Positions 40,884 to 53,240 of a stretch of 64,000 nt of DNA are shown here, piece by piece. Both the position numbers and the translations under genes were made by a program. The stretch lies in NCBI GenBank assembly GCA_949358305.1, contig OX442314.1:10602001-10666000 (forward strand), given 5' to 3'. Below the pieces are notes generated by a model, which saw nothing but the letters and a program-made list of their open reading frames with translations, was not told the origin of the DNA and did not search any database. The stretch is from Strigamia acuminata. Taxonomy: Eukaryota. How positions within the stretch are numbered: the first letter of the stretch is position 1; every line of letters starts with the position of its first letter.

Positions 40884-42506
40884 AGTATTTCTTTTGCAAA
40901 TATGGGCTAAAAAAAGCATAAATCAAACTAAAATAAAGCTACGTATTTTGAAATGTGACTTTAAAACATCTAATTTATTAATTAATATAAGATTGGATCA
41001 AAAGTAATTAATTTTGTAAGAAAAACTAACCCAAATAGCCACCAGTCAGCTCCCAGTCATCGTTATGAAATTACATTATGTGTGTCCAAAATACCACCAA
41101 TCTGAATTTGAAAATTCAGGCGACAGGTTAAAATTGTCGACCCCTGCTTCCCACCATAAAGTTACTAGCATCCGTCTTGGACATATTTAGAGGTTTTCTT
41201 TTATTATTGAATTAAATCTTCTGACAGGCACCCCATGACCTTCCCATTGAACACGGTCTCCAGCAAGGAGACCGACATTCACTCATATTGCATACAGATT
41301 TACAAATCAGCAAACTGAATCATAGGTCTTTCGAGCTCCGGTGCAGCACAGAGGTTAACACAGTCCAGCGTTTAATGCACGGCGTTATGGTCTTCTTCGA
41401 GACAGATTTTCCGAAGAGTATGACCAGGGGGGTAGACAAATACAGGGCGCCTGGTCGCCCTGGCACCTGAATTTCTTAGTCCGTATTTGCAAAATAGACA
41501 TGCTGGCTCCTGAATTATTTTTAGTCTAGGCTACCCATCCTGAATCTTTCTCACAAATTTTGCTTCACTTTTTCTATTGATGAAACCCGAATTTCAGATT
41601 TCTTGCGCAGAGTTTCTTCTTATTGGGAAATTTTCAGCAACCTACGCTTCAATGTTGGTTATCGAAAATCCGTTTCGATGAAAATTCACCTTTAGACCAA
41701 CAACTGCTGTTCGTCCAACCACAACTCAACAAACCACAACAAATAAAAACAGGACCCATTCAACACAATCAGCACTGCAGTTGACTTATTTTTCACAACC
41801 CGTAAAGACTAAGAAGAGTCATAACTCTTGAACAGGAGATAAGGCATAGTCCTAAAGACATCCCATGTTTCCAACAATTAAGGGTCAAGTTATCCGACTG
41901 AGAACAATAAACTTTTATCGTGCTAAGAACATTTCAGTGGCATGCCCCTAAAATCCATTAAACCAGCCCTTTACACAATATTGACACTAACAAAAAGAAT
42001 TAAAGACAATGCAAAACTGCAGCCACCTGGTGAGCAATCTAGCGGTCAACAACTAAACGCAGTCACATGAAACTGAAATCGTATAAAAGAAAAATTTAAC
42101 AGCAAACAGATTCAAGTCTAGCTAGCCGGTTGCCTAGTTGCAAACACCGGTAAAATCCCAAGCAGCAGACTGAGAAACGAATGCAATTGCATTGCAGTCA
42201 TAAAAATTGTCACCAGCTTCATGCTGCTAGATTTTGAAATGAATATTTTCATTTGTTGCCACCAGTGTGCCTGGACAAGTGAACAAAGCTTAAAGATTAC
42301 CACCTCACCGCCATGTCTGTTTTAGACAATCTCAATTCCTAGCATTTGTTGTGATTGGCCAAGATAATCACCTAAAACAGGTGAGTCCAACCCGCAGCCT
42401 AGGTTGCTATGAATGCGGCCCAACACACTTTCTTCGAACAGCAAGCAGCATTGTTACATAAAATAACTCCTGTGATTGTTACAGAAATGACAATTTATTT
42501 TAGTAC

Positions 42507-42948
42507 AATAGAGAGTTTGCGGGATGCATTTTTCCCTTATTTTGCTCCACGATACACTATTTTAGTGCCATATCGTAAGGGAAAAATCTTCAGTGTATCG
42601 TTTTCAACACTAAATTAAAATATAGCGCAGCCCAATCAGAATTGAGAACACTATATTGTTAGCTCTGCCCATTGCATACGGCGATTATTTTGTTGTCCCG
42701 ATCAAACACATCACATTCATAGGTACGTAGATTGAATGATAAGTGAGGCCTAAAATTGAGTTTTAGGCCCAAAACCATACTTTATAAGCATAATAATGGA
42801 TTTTTATTCAGAAATTTGCACATTTACGCCCCAAATTAAATTTTTAGGCCCAAAATTACTAACCGTCAGTAGTTGGCTGAAATAGTGTAGTGATAAGGGA
42901 AAAGTGCAACCCGCAAAAACTTAATTTATCATTTTCCCTTACACTATT
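42507..42948 (+). mobile_element. MITE family B copy 2, 3'-truncated
   Basis: Collinear with 10143-10583. Confidence 0.9.
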
Positions 42949-43646
42949 TAGTTCAGTTCCAATTTTAGGGCGTTCAATCGAGAGTTCGCTTTTTTGAGTG
43001 ATTTAAAGAGAAGACGATTTGTCTTCTGAAGATTGACTGCACCTAACAACCAACACAAAATTAGTGTTTTCACTGTACAGATTAAATTTAGTAGACTTGT
43101 CCAGTCACTCTGGTGGTCACAAATGAAAACATCCATTTCAAAATCTAGCATACATTGCAAGCGACAATTTTTATGACCGCATTTGTACGTTTTGCTTTCT
43201 GCATCCCAATGTTACTGGTAACATTAGCAGGGTTCAAAGTGTCATTTAAACAAGTAAAATGTGTTTACACAAGTGGAAATAAATGCATTCGTTGACTTTA
43301 ATTTACAGATTCTTTTTCACTCATGGCATAACCCATTGTGTAAACAAGAGTCTTTGTATAAAGAATGCCACCAAATAGCTATGCAATGGGTCTTTTATCT
43401 CCCTTTAAGTGAGCATAATTAGCTATGTTTCTTTACTGAACTGCACTCTAAAAAAGTCTAATTAAGTGGAAAGTTTTCCCATGATGCACACCTTAAGTAA
43501 TAGGCTCTAAGTATTGTTTGTACACTTAAGTCTAGCGAAGCGTTTGGGCTGTCTTCAAAAATCTAGAGCCCGCTCAACTATTGATGTGTGTGCATACTGA
43601 AGCCTAAAGTGACGTTACTGAAGATTAATACATGTTATTTGGTTAC

Positions 43647-43900
43647 TTAAGCAGCATTGGGTCTAGTCATTCGATAAGTGACTGGCTGGGAATCCTTGTC
43701 AGACCAAGGTACTGTTTCTAGGGCAAGAACGTCTATCATCTGTCTCCGACTGGGTTTTCTGTGGTTTTACCAGCTCTCAATGCAAATGCAAGGTTGGGTC
43801 TTAAAGACAGTCGTCCCACAAATTTTGACTTGCATGGCCTAAATCCGCACACAAGTTTTCTACTTACGGGGGCTATGACCATGCTGACTGTCAATAAATA
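43647..43900 (+). mobile_element. 5S-derived SINE, copy 2 (5'-truncated, body intact)
   Basis: ttaagcagcattggg...actggctgggaatc...aaggtactgtttctag is followed by a body collinear with 15113-15205. Confidence 0.75.
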
Positions 43901-43930
43901 ACATCTTACGGTATTAACCTTGCTGGTGTA

Positions 43931-44078
43931 CAGCCTTGTTCAAAAAAACTGGACCCACACTCTAGTCTTACAAGTATTATCACCTGTTGATGTCTGGTGT
44001 TTCACCTAGTGGCAAAATACGAAATTACAATTTCAATTGCCAGCATAGTGAGGGTCCTGTTTTTTTTTAACACGACTG
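43931..44078. mobile_element. Short Tc1/mariner-type MITE
   Basis: TA-CAGCCTTGTTCAAAAAAACTGGACCC ... GGGTCCTGTTTTTTTTTAACACGACTG-TA. Confidence 0.7.
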
Positions 44079-45412
44079 TACATGAAATTCCTAACGTTTA
44101 GAAATTTCAGATATAAAGCTTATACCGGCATGCCGTATAAAGTGAAAAATACCGATATTGAAAACCTAAAAATGCCCAGCTGAATAATTTGGTCGAATTT
44201 GATTTTTCTAGATACAGTATTCTGAATCTTTTTATTAAAATTTGTGTAAATTAATAGAAATTTAGGCCAATTTCCTACATTTTGGACATATACATTTAAC
44301 AACGGCATTAAAACGAGATTTGCCGGCAGTCTAACCAGAAAGCCGAAAGGTTATTTGGCATTCAACTGCAGAATTGGGAAATGTATTGGCAAACCCAAAC
44401 AATCGATATGCAATCAAATTAAGCACACCGATTGTAATTGATTCTACAAGATTGATAAATAGAGAAACATCAGTTACATCCACAACCAGCCGCAATCAAA
44501 CTCAGTCCACTGATTCATAAAGTTTCATACACACGCCAATTCGCCAGCAAACAATTCATTCAAATCCCCATAGATCCATAACTCACCAATTACACGTGCA
44601 TGCAAAATTGAAAAATAAAAGGCCGAATTGTGCGCCAGCATCGACACCATTCTATGATTCAATTTACGGCTCTTCTTTCTTTCATTCGCCTCCCACTGTT
44701 AATGAAGCGAAGGCAAATTTAGCACTTTGCTGCAGAGGATTAGACGTCCTCTAGTCCTTTTAACTACTGCCAAGTGCCTAGTCTAAAGGCTTTGCGAGCT
44801 TGTCACGTGTTTATCGGTGGCTCCTGATAGTGCAAGCAGCTGCAGTAAAAACGGCTGCATCTTACCATTTGCAACAATAACTAATCTATTAATAGAACTA
44901 TTACAAATTTAGTTACCAACTCATTAGGCTTTTATTGTTTTTAGTGTTTCTTATTCTAACGGAAACCACAAACAGTGTGTTTTTTTTTTTACAACAACAT
45001 TCAAAATGGCTGCATCACGAGTGGAACCTCAAACTGTTATATTTCTTATTTTTCCTGATAATTAATCCAAGGGAACCAACTTTTAGTCCACACACCTTTT
45101 TCTGATTACATTTTAACGCATAAACACGAATGCTTTTTCAATTATTAAAAAGATAATTTAATATTTATAACATAAAACACCGTTAATGGATGCACCGAAT
45201 GCTGTTTTGCCACGTTTTTGCGATAGGTGACATATTGAAAAATCAGTGTTAAAACGACTTCATGCCAGGAAAAATATGATTGCACCTGGAATACAGATTG
45301 CAGATGCACACAATCAAAGAAGTCAAAAAATGGTTATGGAAATTGGAAAAGTTAATCGCCATTTGCTCGTAAAATCCAAAAACTTAGTTATAAACAGGCA
45401 TAGATACACTCA

Positions 45413-45776
45413 CATACTCTGATCCGAGACAACATTGGTTGAGCCGGATTAGGCCTAACTGTGGACTGTGCTCTACTTCGCGAAAAGTAGTTCTGTTTAT
45501 TTTCAATGAATTTCAGTGTAAAAAGTGATTAGAATAATGAATTTCATTTATTTGGTAATAAAATATTTATATTATTTGCTAAAATAAGCTTTTTCCTCTT
45601 TTAATCAATCAAACAATGTTTTGTTGGTTTCTTTTGGCAGGTAAACAAAGGTTTAGTTTTTTATTGGTTGTTTTGCCTAGTTACATAACAATTCTGGTGT
45701 TATGGGCTCCTTTTTTGTGCCACTACACCAGTGATACGACTTGAGTCAGAACAACGTTGTCTCGACTCAGACTATA
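45413..45776 (-). mobile_element. MITE family A copy, reverse orientation
   Basis: Core is the reverse complement of 30325-30625. Arms tactctgatccgagacaac and gttgtctcgactcagacta. Confidence 0.85.
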
Positions 45777-47964
45777 GTTAGGTCTGCTTGAGCCATCAAG
45801 CACTAGGTCTTTAATTTGAATTTTTTTAAAAGGAAATTGATTATCGAAATAACAATTTCATAACTTGACCACAAGAGCAAGTTAACTCATTATACAGCTG
45901 CGGCTAATTCCCCAACTGTCAAAGTGTGAACAGATGTGCACATGGTTGGTCATTGGAGGTTTAGCGTGTATCTGCCAAACTTGCAACTTATTAAACTTTC
46001 ATTACTGGTACAGTACATCTGTCAAACGGTAATGCAGGTATCCTCAAGCGTGCTTCGCTCTTGCGCTAGACGCAAAATCCCACATGACACATATGGTTTA
46101 AGACCATGCTTTGGTGTTGTTTGTAAACTATAAATCCTTATCCCACACACCTATAAAACTCCGCTTTAAAAAAAGAGCCTGAAGTTATTGACCACTTAAA
46201 ATCCCAAATCCAAATGTTAACAGTGGTAACACAATTCATACCGCCGCAGACTTTCCTCTGTTGCTAAAACAGTAAAACTCACAAAGAAAACACTATCAAG
46301 ACCAAGAAATCATTACATTTTAGAAGTAGTTTAAAGTATTAAACATGGTAAGCCCTCATTAACATCAACTGCTGAGAAAATTGTTTCAATTTAATCTCTT
46401 GAAACAAAGAAACTAAGACAGCTCATCGATCTGCCTCGATTCATTTCTGCTCAACTGGCTCATTTAGCCTCTAATAATGGTCAGAATTCTGCATTCTTTT
46501 TGCCGCAAAGCAACACTGCATTGCAAATTGCAAATTGCATAACGTGTAATATTTCAAAAACATGTCCCATCCTAATGGATTCACGTTCACTTGTTCGGAA
46601 AAGAAATAAACTCTTTTTATAAAGGCTTTTATTTAACTTGACGTGAATGTTTGTTTGTTTGTGCGTTTCAACTTCCGACGGTAGTAGCGCTTTCTGGTGG
46701 CGATTTGAAGCACCAATATAAAAGCCTTTTTCCAAAAACTTGGTTTTTATATTTACTTGTTTACATTTCGAAACTGGTTTAGGAAAGGTTCGGGAAAGTC
46801 CTTGTTAGAAAAAAAGAAAAATGTTTAGATGGCCGTTGAATATCCTTTGATATAACTGCATAAATAATCACAACAGCATTAAATGTGATGTCCATTAACT
46901 GCTATCGTTTATTCACTGGGTCGCCATTACAATAACTCTCGGTTTCTGAACGACCAATCACAACATTACAAACACTAGCACCAACTGGTGACAATAATAG
47001 AACTAAATATTATTAGGCAAACACTACAATGGCAATGGTCGCAAAGATAAACCTCGAATAAACAATACAACTTAACTTGACTAGGTATAAGGCATTTCTA
47101 CCAGAAAGCAAACAAACATTTCCACTTCTGGCACCTTAATTTTAAGTTTGAAACTATACAAGCGTGCGCTTCTACAGTTCGCCCCCGATATCTTGAAGCT
47201 AAATTCATACTGCATATCCCATTCTGCGCACACGATTTCCTTATTCCAGCCATTATTTAGCAGTATTGCGCTTAGTAATGCTAAAATAAAGTAACTAAAC
47301 AACAATAAAGTTCAGAAATTTTGTAGCTTTATTTTCTTTATGTGCAACAAGCTTGACAATCGCCATTTTAAATGCAAGCGCAGAATGTGATGCGCAGTTT
47401 AAATTTTGGCATCAAGATACCGAGCACAAACTGTACTTCGGATAAGTAAGATTGTAGTAAACGCAAGGATTGCCTTTCGTGATCCGAAAAACAATTTAAA
47501 AAATTTTACGAACAAAAGGAATTAGCTTAGGTTAATTGAGTGCATTGTGTTTCCGGAAAGAAGGAACAAAAGATGCGACTTAAGATCAATGTTTTGCGGC
47601 TTTAAGTATTATTCCAGCGCTGATTCTTTTACAACTTCATTTGCTGGTTTTAGAATCAACATTTTTTTTCTACCAATAATCAATACTTTCAACTCCCTCA
47701 AGACCAGACATGATTGGGCTTAAGCAAAACTGTCTAGTCTACAAGGCATCTGGTGTAGACACCGTACATCCCTGTAGACCAGACCTAAAAGGTCCCTCAA
47801 ACACCATTGGTTTGTGAGAAGTGTCCAGTCTAAAGGGAGTTAAGTGTATCTTACACAACTCCATAACAGCTCAATAATAAACACGGCTGCATGTTCACAA
47901 GGGAAAATGCGACGATTCAAAATGCCAATGCCGATTGCTAGATTAATCGCAAGGGACCCGAAAA

Positions 47965-48261
47965 ATCGATTCGTTATAACGAGAATTCGTTATATCGAAA
48001 TTTTTTAACATGATGTTCTACGACCAGCCAACCAAACCAGCCATTTTTAAGTATTCGTTATATCGATGATTTGTTATGTCGCAATTCGTTATAATATAAA
48101 GAGTTTCGACTGTATTCCCAAACCAAAAGGAGAAATTTATTTATTTCATTATTTCTAACATCAGAAACACTCGTTAATATATTGGTCCAATTTTTATACA
48201 AATTTGTCAAACCAATTCGTTATATCGCGATTTGTTGTAATTATAATGAGTTTCGACTGTA
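47965..48261 (-). mobile_element. Fragments of a pogo/Tigger-like MITE
   Basis: Repeated TTCGTTATA motifs and two gagtttcgactgta termini. Confidence 0.55.
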
Positions 48262-48755
48262 AAATGTTATTTTTCCCAGGCAGAAGACGTTACCTTTTTC
48301 TATTTGTCTTTTTCCATCAAAGAATTATGAAGAGATATTCAATTTAATAGTAAAATTCTGTTTCATTTCATTTCAGCCAACTTTACAGTATTGGCTGACT
48401 CCGAGGCCAATTATTGAATCTATGAATACTGCATGGACAGTTAGCTCGACTCTATAAGTCTTTAATAGGTTTCTTATCATCCCTAGTTGGTGCATTCACA
48501 GCTAAATCGATTATTTGGATTCGTTGAATCCTCAAGCACAGAATGTGAAAAGTAAAAACTAAATTCTATAATAAAAAAAAAAATCCGTTTTTATCTATAT
48601 GGACAGACCAAAAGTATTTTAAAACATTTGAAGCGCTGAACCAATGAGAAACAGTCATTTTGTTCACGATTTACCTGTAGATGGATGGCAAAATCAAACT
48701 AAATTCAAAATATTTATTTAATTTTTTTGTTGCCGATGACTGCGTTCGAATTGGT

Positions 48756-49340
48756 TAACTTAGACCTATTTCCGATTGGCTGAGCCTCATAACTCACTCT
48801 GTGCTGCTACCAGGAAAAATAGTTCAGAGTGGTTTTAATTTGTTTGATGATTTTAATCATTGAAATGATGTAATATTGTTTGTATTTTCTAAGAAAATGT
48901 ATCTTGAAGTCATAAAATAAAGATTTATGTTGGTTTATTTCAACTTTCCTGTTTATTAAGTTTATTGCTTGCTTCTTCCAGGGAACAAAACAATTTTCAA
49001 TTTTTTTTATCGGTTGCTTTGTCTGGAAAGCAGTCAAAATGGCAACCATCGTTTTGATCTATTTTTGGTATCACTACACAAGTGAAAAGGCTCTGCCAAT
49101 CAGAAATAGGCCCAAATTACACATGGACAGAGTATAATTTATTTCTGAATACGTGTTTGTTCAGACAGTTGAGTTTATTGGTTGCTTTGTCAGGAAAGCA
49201 AGCAGTTTTTGAATTTTCTTATTGGTTGCATTGTCTGGAAAGCACTCAACATGTATTTTGGTCTATTTTTTAGGATCACTACACTAGTGAAAAGGCTGGG
49301 CCAATAGGAAATAGCGCACTCTTATACTCGGCCAGAATAC
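48756..49340 (-). mobile_element. Two adjacent diverged family A copies (48756-49136 and partial 49140-49340)
   Basis: atcactacac..gtgaaaaggct..gccaat..gaaatag occurs twice. The first copy ends gagtata at 49136. Confidence 0.7.
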
Positions 49341-49417
49341 AGTAGTGGTTATAAACACTCCCGGTAAAAGCCACAATATTAAAACATTATCGCTTTATTT
49401 CCTTCGTACAAACCAAT

Positions 49418-49868
49418 AGGTGCATTCAATTCTAAAATAGCTTTCAAAAACCGTTTTTTATCGTTTTCCGAAAACGATGAAAACGGTTTTCAACATTGAG
49501 CACATATCCGGCCAAAATCAGTAGCTTTCGATCGCGCAAATGCGGCCGAAAATTTGGCCACATTCGACGCGCAAATGCAGCCGAAAATTGGCCGCATTCG
49601 ATCGTTCTTAAAGGCATAATAATTATACTAATAAATTCAATAAACCTAAATTTTTGTGCGTGCTTCCACCGCCGATCTATTCGATTACAAAATGGCGCCC
49701 CGGAAAAACGATTTGAAAACCACGAAAACCACAATTTTCTGGTTTTCATGAAAACGGTTTTCAGGAAAACCGATTTCCGAAATGTGACGTCAAATGCGTC
49801 TACATCCGGTGTGGGAAAACGGCGAAAACGAAGAAAACGGGGAAAACCATTTAGAATTGAACGCACCT
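49418..49868. mobile_element. MITE with AGGTGCATTCAATTCTAAAT TIRs and repeated AAAACCG/CGTTTT motifs
   Basis: 20-bp TIR with 1 mismatch, flanked by AAT and ATT. Confidence 0.8.
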
Positions 49869-50688
49869 ATTGGCTCGACACTTCCAAACAACCTTTTCGC
49901 AATTGGGTTAGCCCTTACTGTATTTATTCACCAATCCATACATTCCACCACCCCACCAAGTCAAAACCCTCAAAACCCCGCATTGTGATGGTTTCTCCAA
50001 CACACGTTACAAATTTAAAACGCCGATGCATGAAAAATAAATTCCAAACAAAGAAATACAGACAAGCAAAATCCAGGCTGCCCTCGTGCAAGCGCGTTAT
50101 GACATCCGGGTCGATTGCTCTCACAAGCACGTAGATGTATGCAAATCATAGACCCGAGTGCCAGAAAGGCAAGAAGGAAATCTCCTTCTCAGAAACCGGT
50201 TTCGAAAATCCCCTTCGCTTATCCTCCAGCAACATCCACATCAATCGCTGTCTCATTTCCGGTTGCACAAAGCACAATCTTGGCCTTTTTTTCCAAGCAT
50301 TAGCAAAATGAAATAAGCATAGGAATAAAATTGGAGAGCAACATTCTTGTAGGGGCCAAGGGCAGTGTCTGGCGTGACGCCAATTGGCCAAACATCTCTT
50401 TCTCTCGTCTTCCTTCAGAATCGTTCCTTCCTCTGGCATTTTTCCCCAATCCCGGAAGTGATACCACTGACTGCACCAGAAACAGACACCGAGGAAGTGA
50501 AGTGAAATGACCCAATTTAACTCCTTTTATCTCATCAGCTTCAATTAAAGCAACAGCAGAATTCGTTTAAACTCTCAACAAACAAAACTAATTCTTTATC
50601 GAGCAAAAAATTGCAGATTTAGTAAACAAATTTCGCTGATTCGCTGCAATTTTGCTCGTAGAGATTACAAGATCTTTACCGTTCCAGT

Positions 50689-50777
50689 AGGTGCATTCAA
50701 AAACTCTAAAACGTATGCAAAACTCGTTTCGTGTTTGAACGTGACATCATTCCCACTGAATAACATTGAATGTACCT
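50689..50777. mobile_element. 89-bp internally deleted derivative of the fold-back MITE
   Basis: AGT-AGGTGCATTCAA...TTGAATGTACCT-AGT. Body matches the reverse complement of 35070-35147. Confidence 0.8.
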
Positions 50778-51298
50778 AGTGTGTTTTGACGTTGGGACTC
50801 TGTCAAGGGTGGACCCAGAAAACATGAGCTGGTGGCCATTTTGGTCCGGGTTTTCAAATAATAAATTAAATATTTTGATCAAAATTTCTTTTTCTGTTGA
50901 GATTATGCTTGGATGGGATTATTTGCATCAAGATGTGGTTGGAGATAAACAGAAAGTAAGATTTATTCTCTTATTAGTTACATATATATTCAAATACACT
51001 TGTACGCCACCCGACGGTGACGCACCAAACAATATCACCAACAGTTTTTCTATGAACAGAATGGGCATTAAAAGCAGCCAAAAACCTGTTTATTTACTTT
51101 ATTTTAGCATTATTAGGCCTAATATTAGGCTTAACACCGAGCGCAAACCATAGGACAATTGTTCTCAAACTTTTTTACCTGCTGAGCCTTTTACATGCAT
51201 AAAACCTTTAAGTGGGGCTCCAGTAGTCGATAACCTGAACGTGTAGCCCCTATCGAAGTTAATTACAATAACAACGACAACCCTCCCATTTCGTTTAA

Positions 51299-51930
51299 CA
51301 CTAGAACGGCCAGACCGGTCATTTTGACCGGAACAGCTGTTTAAACAGCTGCAGCAATAAACCCAATGGGTTTACGGTGCTGCTAATTTGTGACTTTAGC
51401 TGATTTATGATGCTTTATGTCATAAATCATCCAAAGTTGAATTTTTCTTAAGAAATAATAAAAAAAAAGTGAATTGACCTAGAACGGCCGAAACCGGTTA
51501 AAATGACCGGTTGAAATCACCTGAACAATACGTGCACCAAACTGCACTAAACGTGCACCAAACGTGCACCAAACGTGCACAATATGTGCATACAACGTTT
51601 TGGCATCAAACTGATTCAGTAACACGCGAAACTTGCGAAGAAAATACCAAAACAAAAATTGATGGCTTTTATAAAATCTGATAAAATTAAAAACGGAAAT
51701 TTAATTTTATCAGGTTTTATAATAACCATCAATTTTTGTTTTGGTATTTTCTTCGCGTATTTTGCGTGTTATTGAATCAATTTGATGCCAAAACGTTGTT
51801 TACACGTATTGTGCACGTATTGTAAAAGTATTTTGCACATTTGGTGCACGTACTGTTCACGTTATTGCAACCGGTCATTTTAACCGGTTTCGGCCGTTCT
51901 AGGTAGGCCGAAATTCCGGCCGTTCTAGTG
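51299..51930. mobile_element. piggyBac-like non-autonomous element with internal fold-back
   Basis: TTAA on both flanks. TIR CACTAGAACGGCC / GGCCGTTCTAGTG. Asymmetrically spaced internal inverted repeats. Confidence 0.9.
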
Positions 51931-53074
51931 TTAACAAATTTTCCAAAAGGCAGCCATGTTTCCATGCTTTACACAACACGAAAATCTCGTTTCAATTATC
52001 TCCAAAATAGAAACACAACCGGCTAATGCCGATCCAAACTCCCCAACTACATCCACACAATCATAAAACCCTTCCAAACAGCAGAATAAACAGATACCTA
52101 TTCCCTCAAATAAGGCCTACAGATTGTACGCCTGCAATTGCACAGCGCACGTTAAGGAACCAAAATTCCCAGGAAAGCAATGACACTCCTCTCCTTCCAT
52201 CCACCTGCATTTATCCATGGAAAAAGCAGGCAGATATTAAACTACAATCCAACCTGCTCCCATCCTTTAAACACTTAAAAATCAGCACTTCAAGGCACAG
52301 TAAAAAGGCTTCTGCTTCCACCTGAAATCCAATTCCTCAAAACAATAAAAGCAAACTTTTTAAAGAGATGTTGAATTCTCGCTACAGCAACAAACGAATG
52401 GCTGCCATGTCCAAGCCTTGGAGGGTTTTACAACTGCAAAACACACCTTTAATCAGCTAAAAACTTAATTAAGTATCTATTAATTAAATCTAATTAATAC
52501 GTCCTTTACTTCATCTCCCCTTTAACCTTCAATTACATACAAGTTACCTTCAAGTAATTGATGAAACTACCAAAGGGAATCCTACAAAGCTCAGCAACAC
52601 ACTATCCTTTTCATACACACTAACTCAATTAATTAATGTACAAACAAGCTGCCCCCAATATTGGCTTCTGAGCAATATTTTGGGTCAAACCCGAAGGAAA
52701 TAACTGCAAATAAAAATTTTAACACGCGATAATTACTAAGGACGCTCAAAATCCAGCTGCCCATGATTCTGTGAATTTTGACAAAGATTTGGATGGGATT
52801 TGCAAAAGTTAGTCATAATTTAGATTCATTTTAAAGCCTGGGCTTCTATTTGGTGGTAAATCAAGAGGGTAGCCAATCATAAAAACTACATACGAGATTT
52901 TGAAATCATCTTAAATCTTAAAAATTTCAAAAATTCAGGTGGATTCTCAGGATTTTAGACGGATTTCAATCGATTTCATTAAAGATTTTACACAGTATTT
53001 TTCAAAAAATACCGCATCTCCTGGTAGTGGTACTGTACATCTTTTTTTTGGTATCATACCACTTTACTTTAGGT

Positions 53075-53240
53075 AAAATCTCACAAAGTGTAGCAAAATC
53101 TAATAAAATGTAGCAAAATCTCGCAAAATGTAGCAAAATCTCGCAAAATGTAGCAAAATCTCACAAAATGTAGCAAAATCTCACAAAATGTAGCAAAATC
53201 TCACAAATTGTAGCAAAATCTCACAAAATCATGCAAAATC
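53075..53240. repeat. Minisatellite, 20-bp unit TAGCAAAATCTCACAAAATG
   Basis: About 7-8 tandem copies. Confidence 0.9.

Noticed and set aside
49496..50134. 212-aa ORF and its antisense partner
   Set aside because: Starts inside a TIR-bounded MITE, crosses its end, and has no recognisable domain or splice support.
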